Assembly (NCBI GenBank): GCA_951406725.2 | Contig: OX597826.1 | Location: 39,866,001 to 39,930,000, forward strand | Direction: 5' to 3' | Length of the DNA: 64,000 bases | Source: Octopus vulgaris | Taxonomy: Eukaryota | Shown: positions 27,715 to 41,210 of the stretch, piece after piece | Layout: each line of letters opens with the position of its first letter | Position numbering within the stretch: the stretch's first letter is position 1 | Notes under the pieces: generated by a model | What the model was told of the DNA's origin: nothing | Database searches by the model: none | What the model saw: only the letters and a program-made list of their open reading frames with translations | Position numbers and translations under genes: made by a program

Positions 27715-30083
27715 ATGCAGACTGGATTATACAAACTGAAGGATCCTACCAAAATTTACAACAACAAGCATGGGAAGACATCACAATAGCAGACCTAAGA
27801 AAGGCATTCACGAAGGCCCATAATTGGAAATCCCCCGGTAAAGATAGGGTGCCGAATTTCTGGCTCGCATCACTCCCATGCGCACACCGTAAGCTAGTTC
27901 AGCTGCTCAATGGAATTATGAGAGACCCAAAGAAAACACCAGAATGGTTAGCAAGTGGCATTACTTACCTACTCCCAAAGAATAATGAAACCAACCTTCC
28001 AAAAAACTATCGGCCTATAACCTGTCTATCCACCACGTATAAAATCCTAACATCTATCCTGGCAGAGAAAACATATGCATTCATGGAGAAGAACGATATT
28101 TTCCCCATTGAACAAAAAGGGTGCCGCCGAGGCTCTTACGGATGCAAAGATCAACTGCTAATCAATCGTATGATCCTTGAGAACTGTCACAACAAGCGCA
28201 GAAATCTCAGCACCGCATGGATTGATTATAAAAAGGCCTTCGACAGTATACCGCATCCATGGATCTTGAGATCGCTGGACATCTTCAAAATTTCCCCTGT
28301 GATTTCAAACTTCCTGAAGCACAATATGTCGTTATGGAATACGAATCTCCAATTATACCACTCTAATGGAGTACTTGCCTCAGAAAATATAAACATCAAC
28401 TGTGGAATTTTTCAAGGTGACTCACTTTCACCTTTAATATTCTGCATAGCCCTAATACCCCTTACAAGTGAATTAAACAGAACAGGGTATGGGTATAAAA
28501 TTGCCAATAAAAAAATAAGCCATCTATTTTATATGGATGACTTAAAACTTTATGGTAAAGACAATAATGAACTTGAAGGCCTATTGCGCACCGTGAAAGC
28601 ATTCAGCGATGACATCGGGATGGAGTTTGGACTTGAGAAGTGTGCCAAGGCCACTTTCCAGAAAGGGAAAGTGAAGACCACAAATTCAGTCGTGTTAGAT
28701 GTTGACACAGTCATAAGAGAGCTTGAGCAAGAACAAACATACAAATATTTAGGGATAAATGAAGGCTCTGGTATTCAGCATGCAAGCATGAAAGAGAAGA
28801 TCAGGAAGGAATGTTATAGGAGAGTTCGTGCAGTCCTGAAATCTGAACTAAATGCACGTAACAAGGTATTAGCTATAAATTCCTTAGCAGTTCCAGTTGT
28901 TACTTATAGCTACAATGTGTTGAACTGGAATATGAGTGAAGTAAAGAATATAGATAGGAAAATACGCAAGCTGCTGAGTTGTAATAGGATGCACCACCCA
29001 AAGGCAGACGTAGATCGCCTTTACCTTCCCAGAGCCCAAGGAGGTCGAGGCCTGATCCAATTTGAACTAGCTTACAAAACAACCACCATTGGACTGGCCA
29101 AATATCTCGAAATATCGAATGACTGGATGCTAAAGCTCGTGGAAAATCACGAGAGGCGAAAGAAGCTTCATTCTATCAAAAAGGAAAGCAAAACAATTGC
29201 TATTGATCTCGTGCACGATACCCAAACTGAACAACCCGAGGGAAGTACGGCAACTATTGTTGCAAAGAAGGTGAAAATGATGGCAACGAAAAAAGCGCAC
29301 GAGCAATTGGCTGATAGGTGGGAGGAGAAACCTCTGCACGGCAAATATGTGACCCGCAGCAAACAAGCTGATGTTGACCAGAAGCAAACCCATCAGTGGC
29401 TACGGAGCTCAGGGCTAAAAGCAGAGAGCGAAGGTTTCATCCTGGCTGCTCAAGATCAAAGCCTATTAACCCGGAACTACCAGGCCAATGTGATGAAAAA
29501 TGGAGCAGACCCAAAATGTCGATTCTGCAACGACATGATTGAAACAGTGGACCATCTAATCTCTGGATGTAAAGTCTTAGCACCAGTGGAGTATAAATTA
29601 AGACATGACAGAGTTGGCCAATATCTCCACTGGCTAATAAGTCGGCATTACAATATCAAAACTGCCGACAAGTGGTATAATCACCACCCTGAGGCTGTAA
29701 CTGAAGGAGAAAATGTAACCATTCTGTGGGACTTTCCAGTACATACAGACCGAACCATCAAGGCCAATAAACCAGATATTGTTGTGAAAGACCAAAACAA
29801 TAAAGTTTGCTTATTGATCGACATGAGCATCCCCTGTGATCATAATATCTCAGCGAAAGAGTTTGACAAGCTCAGAAAATATAAAGACCTACTCATTGAA
29901 ATTGAGAAAATGTGGCATCTCAAGGCGGTTACGATACCAGTGATCGTAGGAGCACTAGGAATGATCAAGAATGGAACCGAAAATTATATGAGAATGATCC
30001 CTGGCTTACCATCCCTGCAAGAAGTGCAAAAGATCGTCTTAACTGGTACAACACATGTATTGAGAAGAGCATTGTCGATGTGA
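27654..30083 (+). CDS. Reverse transcriptase + CCHC zinc knuckle + restriction-like endonuclease (809 aa)
   Basis: NYRPITCL, AWIDYKKAFDSIPH, GIFQGDSLSPLIF, HLFYMDDLKLY, YKYLG; CRFC..ETVDHLISGC; RHD; KPDIVV...LIDMSIP...KLRKYKDL. No internal stops. Confidence 0.95.
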   Translation: MEEVQNYWKRIWSDKKTYNINADWIIQTEGSYQNLQQQAWEDITIADLRKAFTKAHNWKSPGKDRVPNFWLASLPCAHRKLVQLLNGIMRDPKKTPEWLASGITYLLPKNNETNLPKNYRPITCLSTTYKILTSILAEKTYAFMEKNDIFPIEQKGCRRGSYGCKDQLLINRMILENCHNKRRNLSTAWIDYKKAFDSIPHPWILRSLDIFKISPVISNFLKHNMSLWNTNLQLYHSNGVLASENININCGIFQGDSLSPLIFCIALIPLTSELNRTGYGYKIANKKISHLFYMDDLKLYGKDNNELEGLLRTVKAFSDDIGMEFGLEKCAKATFQKGKVKTTNSVVLDVDTVIRELEQEQTYKYLGINEGSGIQHASMKEKIRKECYRRVRAVLKSELNARNKVLAINSLAVPVVTYSYNVLNWNMSEVKNIDRKIRKLLSCNRMHHPKADVDRLYLPRAQGGRGLIQFELAYKTTTIGLAKYLEISNDWMLKLVENHERRKKLHSIKKESKTIAIDLVHDTQTEQPEGSTATIVAKKVKMMATKKAHEQLADRWEEKPLHGKYVTRSKQADVDQKQTHQWLRSSGLKAESEGFILAAQDQSLLTRNYQANVMKNGADPKCRFCNDMIETVDHLISGCKVLAPVEYKLRHDRVGQYLHWLISRHYNIKTADKWYNHHPEAVTEGENVTILWDFPVHTDRTIKANKPDIVVKDQNNKVCLLIDMSIPCDHNISAKEFDKLRKYKDLLIEIEKMWHLKAVTIPVIVGALGMIKNGTENYMRMIPGLPSLQEVQKIVLTGTTHVLRRALSM

Positions 30084-30242
30084 GAATTGTTTCTGCTCAT
30101 GTATTTTAATTTAACTTAAAAAAAAAAAAAAAATGAACGAACTATTGAGTTTGGTGTAATGGCCTACCGATGTTTCTTTGCCCTAGGAGTCGGGAAGGCA
30201 CTCGGCAAGAAATGGAAGCAAATTTTGAAAGAAGAAAAAAAA

Positions 30243-31133
<891 letters not shown>

Positions 31134-31163
31134 CGATGATAATAATAATAATAATAATAATAA

Positions 31164-31706
31164 CACTGGAAACTATGCCAACATTATGGAATAACAACAG
31201 AAAAAAGGTGGTATAGGCACACACCAGAAAAGGTCACAGAAAACGAGAAAGCAACCATACTCTGGGATATGCCAATACACACAGATAGAGAAATTAAGGC
31301 CAACAGACCAGATATAGTTGTCAGAGATCATGAAGAAAAAAATGTTTTCTAATTGATGTATCAATACCAGCAGATGACAACGTTTCTCTAAAAGAAATGG
31401 AGAAACTCTCAAAATACAAAGACCTGGAAATAGAGGTAACTAGAATGTGGAATCTAAAAACAGAAACAATTCCTATCATAATAGGCATGATAAAAATAAT
31501 ATTCAGACAAATAACAAAAACACCAGGACTTACAAACACATATAACATACAGAAAATTGCACTACTAGGCACTGCACACATCCTACGCAGAACACTTTCC
31601 ATACAATAACCATCAGAGCATCACAACAAATCACAGCACATACCCAAGGCACACAGAGCTGCGCTCGGTAGCGAAGTGAAAGCACGCTATGAAAATAAAA
31701 CTACTG
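31164..31706 (+). mobile_element. Dong/R4 family-2 3' fragment, second close copy
   Basis: Near-identical to 30451-31005 with a shorter 5' end; flanked by TAA. Confidence 0.9.
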
Positions 31707-31719
31707 AATAATGATAATA

Positions 31720-33010
31720 ATTTGTGGGTATAGATATTTAGGGATTTTGAAGCTGGACGACATTCTACACAAAGAAATGAAAGTCAAGGTCGGCGGCGCG
31801 TATCAAAAAAGGGTGAAGATGATGCTGAAATCGAACCTGAATGCAAAACAATTGATAAATGCGATGAATATCTGAGCAGTTGCAGTGGTCAGATTTTGTG
31901 CGTCCATCCTCAAACGGATTAAGGAGGAAATATCAACACTGAATAGAAGGATGAGAAAGTTGATGACGCTGCATGGGATACTACACCCCAAAGCAAAGTA
32001 AATACACTGTATATGAAGAGAAAGATTAGTGGCAGAGTTTTAATTAGTATAGACCATTGTATAAGGAGTGAAAGGAGGACGCTTGCCGTGCATTTGATAA
32101 AAAGAGATGAAGACCTGCTACAATATGCCGCGAAAGATATGGGTGTAAATGCAGATGAAATGATGAGCAGGGAAGAGTTTAAACAAAGAGCATATGAGAA
32201 GAGAAAAGTAGACCTCCTTGAAATGAGAATGCATGGGCAGTTTGAAAGAAATAATAGAGTCGTACAAAATTTATATGTAAGAGACCAAAGTGTACGTACG
32301 CCGCTATATTTTATACATATAAAATACAATACTGGGACAAGAACGCAAAACATCCAGACATCGGGCACAATGAAAACAAAGACGGGCCATTCGCAGTTTT
32401 CTATCCTCAGTCGAGTTCCAGATTATCTTTGCAATTTCGGCTGGTTATACTCGAGATTGCTCCAATCTGGCCAGCCCCAAGGTAAAAATACTTCCACACA
32501 CGCCAGCTTAATTTAATTCGTCCTTATCAGTTGAAAAACTGATAATACAGACTTATAAGGACTGTATTATTCGACAGTTATCAGTCGAAAGACTGATAAC
32601 ACACCATCGTGGGCATGGATTGAGCGAGGTGATCTGAAGCGTACCACCGAAAGCCTGATCCTTGCCGCTAGACCAATCTCGTGCTACCAATTCAGTGAAG
32701 TATAACATCTATAAAACTTCTAACACCCATAAATGCAAACTCTGTGGAAAGAGTGTGGAAAATGTGACCCACTTTGTAAGTAGATGTGAAAGCGTTGCGC
32801 AAAAAAGAATACAAGTGCCGCCAAGATAAAGTTGCGTGTGTATCTTCATTGGCTCTTATGCCGTAAATACCAACATGAAGTAATGGAGAACTGATATAAG
32901 CATGTACCAAGTAAATATATACAGGACGATGGAAAAGTAATGATACTCTGGGACTATGATTTTCAGACGGATCGTGTAATAGAACAACGTCGGTCGGATA
33001 TATACAATGT
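31720..33010 (+). mobile_element. Older Dong/R4 family-3 relic, interrupted
   Basis: RYLGILKLD, LYMKRKISGRVLISI, MRMHGQFER | insertion | SWAWIERGDLKRTTESLILAA, CKLCGKSVENVTHFVSRC, LWDY; many lesions. Confidence 0.75.
32278..32525. mobile_element. Rearranged fragment of the unclassified repeat family also at 39357 and 46670
   Basis: 32278-32490 matches the 5' part of copy A in the same orientation; 32492-32525 is an inverted piece matching 46937-46968. Confidence 0.75.
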
Positions 33011-33789
33011 AACTTCGAAATTTGAAGAATTTGAACTAAAGCCCGTAAGGATATAACTGGATGGAAATGAGGCATTAGCCGATAACACACTCTATAGCAC
33101 GTTTAGAGCAAGTCATCAGAGAAATTATGATAATTGCCAGAATAAACATAGAATATTTTCACAGTAAAAGGATATATTTAAATAGCGTACCAAAAATTGT
33201 TCGTTCTGATACGAATTTTATTGTTCACAGAATTCTCACAAAATAATATCTATTTAGATTTCAAATTACGGAGTCAGGGTATTCATAAACATGTAGATCC
33301 CCTATTAAGTGAGATTTTACTTTTTCTATAAATCATATACTATAATAGATTTAGTAGTTCATGAAATTTTACAACAAATGTTAAACATTTCTTACAATAC
33401 AATATCGTTATTACAAACATTTTGTCTTTCTTACTGTCAAAAACAAACAAAAATAGTGAAGTTGTAGATGTTATAATTACCAATAGTTTTGGAAAAAATA
33501 AACTTTTGAACATAAAACTGTTTATTTATTCTTGCCTTTGTCTTCCAATGTGAGGAAAAAAGCAAAAATAATACAATGAATCTAGTAATGATATGAAATA
33601 AATTTTATGATAAATGTGTTTACAAGTATGTAGCAAAATGAATACAAATAACAGAAGACCAAGAAATAACGCAGGGCGAACAAAATTAATATTGAAAATC
33701 AATTGTGAAGCACTATATATTAAGCACTACATAAGCATTATATTTAACACAAAAAATTAAATATATATATATATATATCAGTGTATATA

Positions 33790-34824
33790 TTTGGTTTTCC
33801 GGAAAGTTCGTGCCGATATATATTAGCTTGCCTTTCGACTTATTTTAGAACATAGTTGAGTCCATAAAATAGGATTTGACTACACCTCCATTTAGGGCAC
33901 AGTTTAAGCAATCTTTTCGTGGAACAAGGTTTATGTTCCTATAACCTGTGTTAATTCTGCACTTCTTTAAAATGGAAGATAACAAATTTCATTTTCGGCA
34001 CTTGATGCTTTTCTTTTTCCGTAAAGGGAATAATGCCTCACAAGCGACCAACAAAATATGTGCGGTGATGTTTCTTTATCCGAAAGAACTGCACCGAAGT
34101 GGTTCGCAAGGTTCGGAGCTGGAGATTGTAGCCTTATTGATAAAGAGCAATCAAGCAGGCTATCCACTACAATGACAGGTGATGAGAAATGGATTATCTA
34201 CCGAAATGTTCAGAGAATGCGATCCTGGAATAAGCGACATGAGCCACCCTTAGCCACACCAAAAGCGGGCCTTCACCCTAAAAATGTCTTACTTTGTGTA
34301 TGGTGGGATTGGACAGAAATTCTGTACTATGAACTTCTCCCAAGGAACCAGAAATTAATTCTGACAAATACTGCATACAACTGGACGGGTTAAAAACAGC
34401 AATTCAAGAGAAATGTCCAGAATTGGCCAACAGGAAGGGTGTTGTTTTCTAACATGATAATGCAAGACCGCACGTTTCTTTGGGAATCAGATAAAAAATA
34501 CTGCAGATCGGCTGGGATGTGTTACTCCACCCTCCATATTCACCAGATATTACTCCTTCGGATTTCCACTTAATCAGGTCTCTGCAGAATAGTCTTAAAG
34601 ATAAAAATTTCAATTCTTGGATGACGTATAAAGATACCTTGATGAATTATTTGCCATGAAACCACCTCAATTCTAGGAAGAGAGTATTTTCAAGTTTAAG
34701 GAAAGATGGAGACGCAGTGTGCAACAAAATGTTTCATATATGGTTGATTAAAAATGTAATGGCAAATATTTATTGACCTTTGTCTTTCCTTTAAAAATCG
34801 GCACGAACTTTCCGGACAACCCAA
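33790..34824 (+). mobile_element. Mariner (DD34D) element with both TIRs, internally deleted
   Basis: 28-bp TIRs (33790-33817 and 34797-34824, 26/28 match), TA on both sides; MEDNKFHFRHLMLFFFRKG, TGDEKWI, CVWWDW, HDNARPH, HPPYSPDI motifs with stops; the segment between the first HTH and TGDEKW is missing. Confidence 0.92.
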
Positions 34825-34845
34825 TACATGGACACACGCACGGGC

Positions 34846-34899
<54 letters not shown>

Positions 34900-34921
34900 G
34901 CATACGCATACATACACACAT

Positions 34922-34992
34922 GAGTGGCTGTGTGGTAAGAATCACGCTTCCTAACCACATAGTTCCGGGTTTAGTCCCACTGCGTCACTTTG
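34922..34992 (+). mobile_element. SINE tRNA-like head only
   Basis: gagtggctgtgtggtaag...ttccgggtttagtcccactgcgt matches 57104-57168. Confidence 0.7.
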
Positions 34993-35009
34993 AAACCGCA
35001 ACGTGTTTA

Positions 35010-36054
35010 CTAACAAAACATCGTGCTGCATCACTTTTGTAAAGTTTTGTCGGTTGCATCACTTCTGTGAAGTTTTGTCAGTTTCAAAGCGACAAAAATA
35101 TTTTGTCACAAATGAAATTTAAATGTTGCAGTGTAACTGCTTTTGTGTTCTTGAATGACTTTAAACAATGAAAATAACTGAGTAACGGAAATTACATTTC
35201 TTAATACAATGCACAGAATGTAAATAAGAAATGTTTACAAAAAATAAAGTATTCTACGAGTCGAAGCGAAATTTGATGCATAGTGAACCAAAGGCCCAGT
35301 ATAGAAGGAAGCAGAAAAAAGTCGTGAACAACAGAAAAACACAAAACCGTTGCAAATGGAAATAAGACAATTTAAGGAAATGAACTAAGTGTACGGTTTT
35401 AGATTAATTTTTTGAAGTTACTTCTGTCAGTAAATTATGAACTTACTTTTATCAATCATTCCGTCAACAAACACGCAAGAAAAGAACACAAAATATTGCA
35501 AAAGTAAATAAGAAATTTGTAGGCAAATTTAAGGAAGTGTACGGATTGAAATGAAATGTATGAAGATATTTATGTCAGTAAATTATGCATGAGATTACTT
35601 TCATCAGTAATTGAGAACTTCTTTCTGTTAGTAATTTGTCATTTTTGTTTGTAAATAGCGATTGAGAACTTACTGTGAAAACAATAGCTATTGAAGTTAA
35701 AGTTAAAATAATAGAGAGTGACTGAGATATATATAGAGAGATAGCTAGTTAGGCAAATAAGATAGATATAGATAGATACGATATAGACAGATGCAGAGAG
35801 ATAGATAGATATAGAGACAGAGATGGATAGAGATATAGACAAATAGATATAGAGAGATAGAGATAGATAGAGAGAGATGGATAGGGAGATATAGATAGTG
35901 ACATATGGACGTCATTGGCGCTAGAAAAACGGAAGTAAATATTTTAAAAACTTTCAAAGACGTGAAGCTATCACAAGTATGGGAGCAATTGGTGAAGCCA
36001 TTTTCGCGTGAAAAGCGAATACACATACATATCCGTTTTATATATTAGTTGAGA
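35010..36054 (-). mobile_element. Putative non-autonomous Helitron
   Basis: Minus strand 5' A|TCtcaactaatatataaaacggatatgtatgtg; degenerate 3' end gtgatgcagcacg...gTTAG|T; internal short tandem repeats. Confidence 0.4.
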
Positions 36055-36325
36055 TTGTGATAATTTTTTTGATCAATGGATAAAGAGAAAATATCAATTT
36101 CTGAAAGTTACTTCACAAAGAGTTACCTCCCTTCTCCTCGTAACCCAGGAACTTGTGTTTTCTGCCCCCCCCCCCAGGGGACCGGTAATATATAAGTAAT
36201 ATATGTTGCCAGTTTGGAGAAAATCAGTTGAAAACTATGTCGGTTATCATCTTTTATACCCACCCACCCCACACACACGCACAGAACGAAATTTATATTC
36301 TAGATACACATGTATATATATACAT

Positions 36326-36358
<33 letters not shown>

Positions 36359-36372
36359 TACATATATATACG

Positions 36373-36404
<32 letters not shown>

Positions 36405-36408
<4 letters not shown>

Positions 36409-36522
36409 CCTGCTCGCTTAGCTAGCGGGGTGGAGTCATTTGAAGGCTAAAACAATACGAAGCGGATTGTGACCAGCGATGTGTACCAACATCTGATAGC
36501 CTGGTCGGTCACGGTGATCACG

Positions 36523-36528
<6 letters not shown>
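36405..36528 (+). mobile_element. Short extreme-3' LINE-like (RTE?) fragment in (TA)n
   Basis: GC-richer island between TA arrays ending in a tandem tcacggtga tail, as in RTE-type tails. Confidence 0.4.
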
Positions 36529-36571
<43 letters not shown>

Positions 36572-37106
36572 GTATGCGCATATTCGTACTTATGTGTTTG
36601 CATGCGCTCGTGAGTGTGACCATGAAATTGGATAGAGGTAGATTGAGAGATGGTTGGTGTCCATAGTAATAATATTTAATATGATTTATTTGTATGAATA
36701 ATTTTTTAAAATTCTAATAAGGGTGGCGCTCTCAATTCTATTTATGGTAATCATTGAACAAGCAAAATATGAATTCCCGCGAAATGTTTGCAGGAAATTA
36801 TTTAGTTTCTAATATTTAAGACTTCTTTTAACTTAACTGAGGAACAATTAAATTTTGCACTATATATCTGGAAATTTCGTTTTAACTTGCATTTGGAGTT
36901 TTCTGATTATCAACAAGTTTTTTTCTTTATTTTATCTAGATTATGGTTTTGTCAAAATTCGATTTTTTTTATTGATTACTTTCGCCAATCCAGAAAGAGA
37001 TACTTCAGAAGTTTACAAACAATTCTTTATATCTTACTCAATGAACCTGCGTATCAAATTTCATAGAAAGTGAAATTTCAACTGATAAAAAATGGAAATG
37101 GTAGTG

Positions 37107-37179
<73 letters not shown>

Positions 37180-38173
37180 CAGTAGTAGTAGTAGTACAGA
37201 TACTTGCAATTGTTATATATTTGATAAATCTTTTCCAATAGCTATATTCCGCAAAGGGAATGTAGTGTGAACGACTATTAAATATCAGAGAACCACTCTA
37301 AAGTTTTTTTACCTTTTCCATTGACATATAAACACATACAAATAAAAGAAGAATGGAATCCAGTATGTGTTGATAACTATTGTTAAGAGAACGTAACATA
37401 TCTTCGATCGCTGCAGGAATAACTTTTTTACGTCGAGAATATGAATCAGATGTTCGACAATTAAAATACTAAATGAAAGCAAACGTGGAGATGATAATGT
37501 GAAACTTGATTTCATTCATAGAAGGATTACTAAATCTATATATATAAACTCACGTCAGCAACAATATTTGGGTGCTAAATGCTTCAAATTTTCATTAAAA
37601 CCTCAATGAAAAATAACACAAAGCTGTCGTTGTAGTTCTTGTACTTTATAATGACAAGTGAGATGTTTGCAGTTGATATCCAGTTCAAATATTAGCTACA
37701 GGTTCAAATTCTCCAAGCACGAATGGATGAATGCCACATGTTTATCACTCACGAAGATCAGGATCTGTTTGTTATGCTAGAAAGGGCAGGCTTTCTGAAA
37801 GGAGTATTTATATTCTGACAGTATTCACTGTTGCCTATGGAACTAAATTTCTGAAATAATGAATGTTATTCTCTGAAAATATCAAATACAGACTCACGCT
37901 AGACTCTAGAGATTTGAAAATTGTTGTAACGATATTAAATCGAATAAAGCCGCATTAAAGAGACGAGAGAAAGAATAATGTTAGATGCTACACAAATTTC
38001 CCCTTACATTACAAGAGCAGAATTATAACTGTATAATTTGGAGCAAAAGAGAGTATAAAAAAGCACAACTTTACCCTGGAAATATGCAGATTTCTTAAAT
38101 GCAAAGATAAACTCTTGTTGCCCACCAAAATTATAATGTCTCTTTTCTTCTGCTTTGAATATTTGTATATACA

Positions 38174-38231
<58 letters not shown>

Positions 38232-38995
38232 TGAGTGTATGTGTGTGTGTGTATATGTGTGAGTGTGCAGTGTGTACGTGTGTGTGTGTCTGTGCAAGTA
38301 TGTATGTAAAGAAGGGCACATCCACTTCCTTCTGACCAGAGAAATAGAAACAAAATATATTCTTACATTTAGTAATTGTACTGATGTGTAAAGGTAGCTT
38401 TTGAACATATTTCCCGACTTTTGGAATAAGCATTGAGACCTCTGCGTCAAGATGACAGTACAGATATGTGGCAAATATATTATACATTATCAACAAGATA
38501 GAAACATAGATGGCGACAATTACATTTACATATTAATGGAAGTATCGCCTTAGGATTATGTCTCATAAATTTTTACGAGAGATGCATTTAGTTAGTACAC
38601 TTATAATATATTAAATTCCATGTAGGTTGGGATTCGTGTCATTCTGACGAAAATGTCTGTGAAATTACATTCCATAGTGTGAATAGAGATATTTGATTAA
38701 ACGAATAGATTTTTGTCGATATCGTTGAAGTAGATAATATCGCCTATTTTGTTAAAGTAAAGCGTATAAATATTTCTGCTTTCATTTCAAATTCCTTCTT
38801 ATTTCGAGAAGCAATTATCGAGGTAAGTTTATTGCACACACGCGTGAACACACACATACGCACGCACACACACACACATACACACACACACAGACACACA
38901 CACACACAGAGGCACACATACTCACACACAGAAACTCCGCACACATACATTCTTATATATATATATGTATATATGTATATGTATATATGTATATA

Positions 38996-39076
<81 letters not shown>

Positions 39077-39078
39077 AT

Positions 39079-39277
39079 GTGACCGCGTGTGTACCGTTGG
39101 CGGCTTTTTTTCTCTGTCTTCCCTTCTCTGGATCTTTCCTTCTCCTATGTTTCCGACGAAGAGCTCCGCTCGAAACGTTAGACCCTCCTTCTTTCCTTCT
39201 TTCCTGAGCGTCTAATAATACTATATTTGTTCCACGTACTCGCGTTGTTGTGTTTTTTTGTGCTTTCATGTTTGGAT

Positions 39278-39281
<4 letters not shown>
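39079..39281 (+). mobile_element. Short Penelope-like terminal repeat between TA arrays
   Basis: About 200-bp island containing a hammerhead-like fold. Confidence 0.6.
39149..39183 (+). ncRNA. Minimal hammerhead-like fold, variant core CCGACGA
   Basis: GTTT-CCGACGA-a-GAGC(tcc)GCTC-GAAAC-GTT^-AGAC; stems I, II and palindromic III present, U4 replaced by C. Confidence 0.55.
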
Positions 39282-39343
<62 letters not shown>

Positions 39344-39356
39344 CGTATACACATAC

Positions 39357-40105
39357 ATAAGACCAAAGTGTACCTACGCCACTATTGTAGATACAAAAGA
39401 GTGCAAAAAGTGGGACAAGGACGCAAGCGGCGACAAGACATCCATGCAGTTAGATAATACAAAAAGGACAAGAATAAACAAGCACGGGTCATTCGGAGTT
39501 TTCTTTCATCAGCCGAGTTCCAGATTATCTTTGCACATTCGGCTGGTTATACTCGAGACCGCTCCAATCTGGACAGCCCCAACGAAAATTTAATCTAAGA
39601 GCACTAGATTTCTTGGAAGAAAGCAGTGAATGTCTACGAAAACAAGGACGGAAAAGAACGGAAAAATAGTAAACAAATACAAATGCAAACAACAGGTCAT
39701 TAACAACAGGTGTCTTTTGACTGAGGACGAATTAAATCAAGCTGGCGTGCATGGAAGTGAAGCCTTACGGCAGGGACATAAGAGGTGCCAGGCATGGGAA
39801 GGAATATAGATGTTTCACGGATGGTAGTCGAAGCAAGAAGGAAAGGTCAGGCTTGGCCGAACACCGATAACGTGGTATGAGAGGAGAGGTGTAGAAGCAG
39901 AGGGATAGAAGAATTAAGGATGGACGAGAAAAAACAAAAGGGACAGAGTGAAGTGAAAGAGGAGGGAAGCTGAGAACGAAGGGAAAGCCAGGAAATGTGA
40001 GAGGGGGTAGCGACAGAAAGAATAGTGGAAAGAACAAAGTAAGTGTGAAGAGGCTGAAAGAAAGAAAGAAAGAAAGAATGAAAGATTAACGCAAATTCAC
40101 ACACA
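39357..40105 (+). mobile_element. Unclassified non-coding interspersed repeat, copy A
   Basis: Reverse-complement similarity to 46670-47280 over most of its length. Confidence 0.75.
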
Positions 40106-40254
40106 CATTGAATACGTAGCTTTAGGAGAGAGAGCTAGGTAGTTTTTCTGCTGTTCATCGTAAAGAAACACACGCAAACACACATACAGACACGCATACA
40201 TACTTACATACATACATATACATACGTACATACACATATGCATACATACATATA

Positions 40255-40872
40255 TCTACTACAAACCATTTTAAAGTCGCGATTACCTACGTGTACGTTT
40301 GTAAATGTGTGTATGTGTCACGTGCTATAACTGTCTGTCTCTTTACTTTTGTATTGTCTTCCCTGTTCCTATAACATATTGTAAGATCTTAAAAATTACA
40401 TAAATATTTTCGAATTTGGTATACTGAAATAATTTTCCACGTTAAATCAAATTTTTGTTATTTATTTGTTCCAGTAAAAATTGCAGAAAAATATTACAGA
40501 GGTTCAAATTTTAATCAATTTTACCCAATTAGAAAACAGGATTTGAAAGCTGGCATTTCCTTCATGATAGCTGGCATTTTCTGTATGACAGCTGTCTGTC
40601 CAGGAAATGAAAGCAAAATTATTGAAGAAACAAAAGCAAATCATAACGATGACCAAAGTTGTAATAACGTCTGAAGTTTTAAAGAATGAAGTAATCTGAA
40701 ATGATCGCACAGACATGTAAATAATTTAAAAAGGAACAAATCCTCAACGAAGTGTTTTGGCGAAGAATTGCACAAATCTGTCCTGATCAAGAGGCCTATC
40801 TGGATATAAATAAAAATTTATATAAGACATCCTACTGTAAAAATTACCTGGCAACAACGGGCTATTCAGCTA

Positions 40873-40873
<1 letters not shown>
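40255..40873 (+). mobile_element. Non-autonomous Helitron
   Basis: A|TC 5' end at 40255; 3' end cctggcaacaacgggctattcagCTAG|T (subterminal hairpin relic plus CTAG); inserted between A and T without TSD. Confidence 0.65.
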
Positions 40874-40949
<76 letters not shown>

Positions 40950-40976
40950 TATTATATTATATTTAATATATATATA

Positions 40977-41041
<65 letters not shown>

Positions 41042-41043
<2 letters not shown>

Positions 41044-41210
41044 CGGGAAGGTTTACGAAAATAAACAAAAGACGAAGGCAGGTGGAGTACAAACAAACAA
41101 TTGTATTAGTATGGCGCTCAGGAATAGAAATAAAACAAGTATTTTACGTTTCGAGCCTACGCTCTTCGACAGAAAGATACACAGAAAAGAAACAAGGAGA
41201 AAAACAAGAA
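41042..41210 (-). mobile_element. Short Penelope-like terminal repeat next to (TA)n
   Basis: Contains a hammerhead-like fold; its end is repeated in truncated form at 49680-49736. Confidence 0.6.
41139..41180 (-). ncRNA. Minimal hammerhead-like fold, variant core CTGTCGA
   Basis: Minus strand gtatcTTT-CTGTCGA-a-GAGC(gtag)GCTC-GAAAC-GTA^-AAAtac; A6 replaced by U. Confidence 0.5.

Larger units (their letters stand above)
27020..30243 (+). mobile_element. Dong/R4-clade site-specific non-LTR retrotransposon, 5'-truncated, young
   Basis: Bounded by (TAA)n on both sides; reading frame open from the 5' junction; 160-nt 3' UTR ending in an A-rich tract then TAA. Dong elements are known to target (TAA)n. 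Confidence 0.9.

Noticed and set aside
38644-38670. CTGACGA...GAAA motif (a similar one lies near 60655)
   Set aside because: No stem II pairing between the core boxes.
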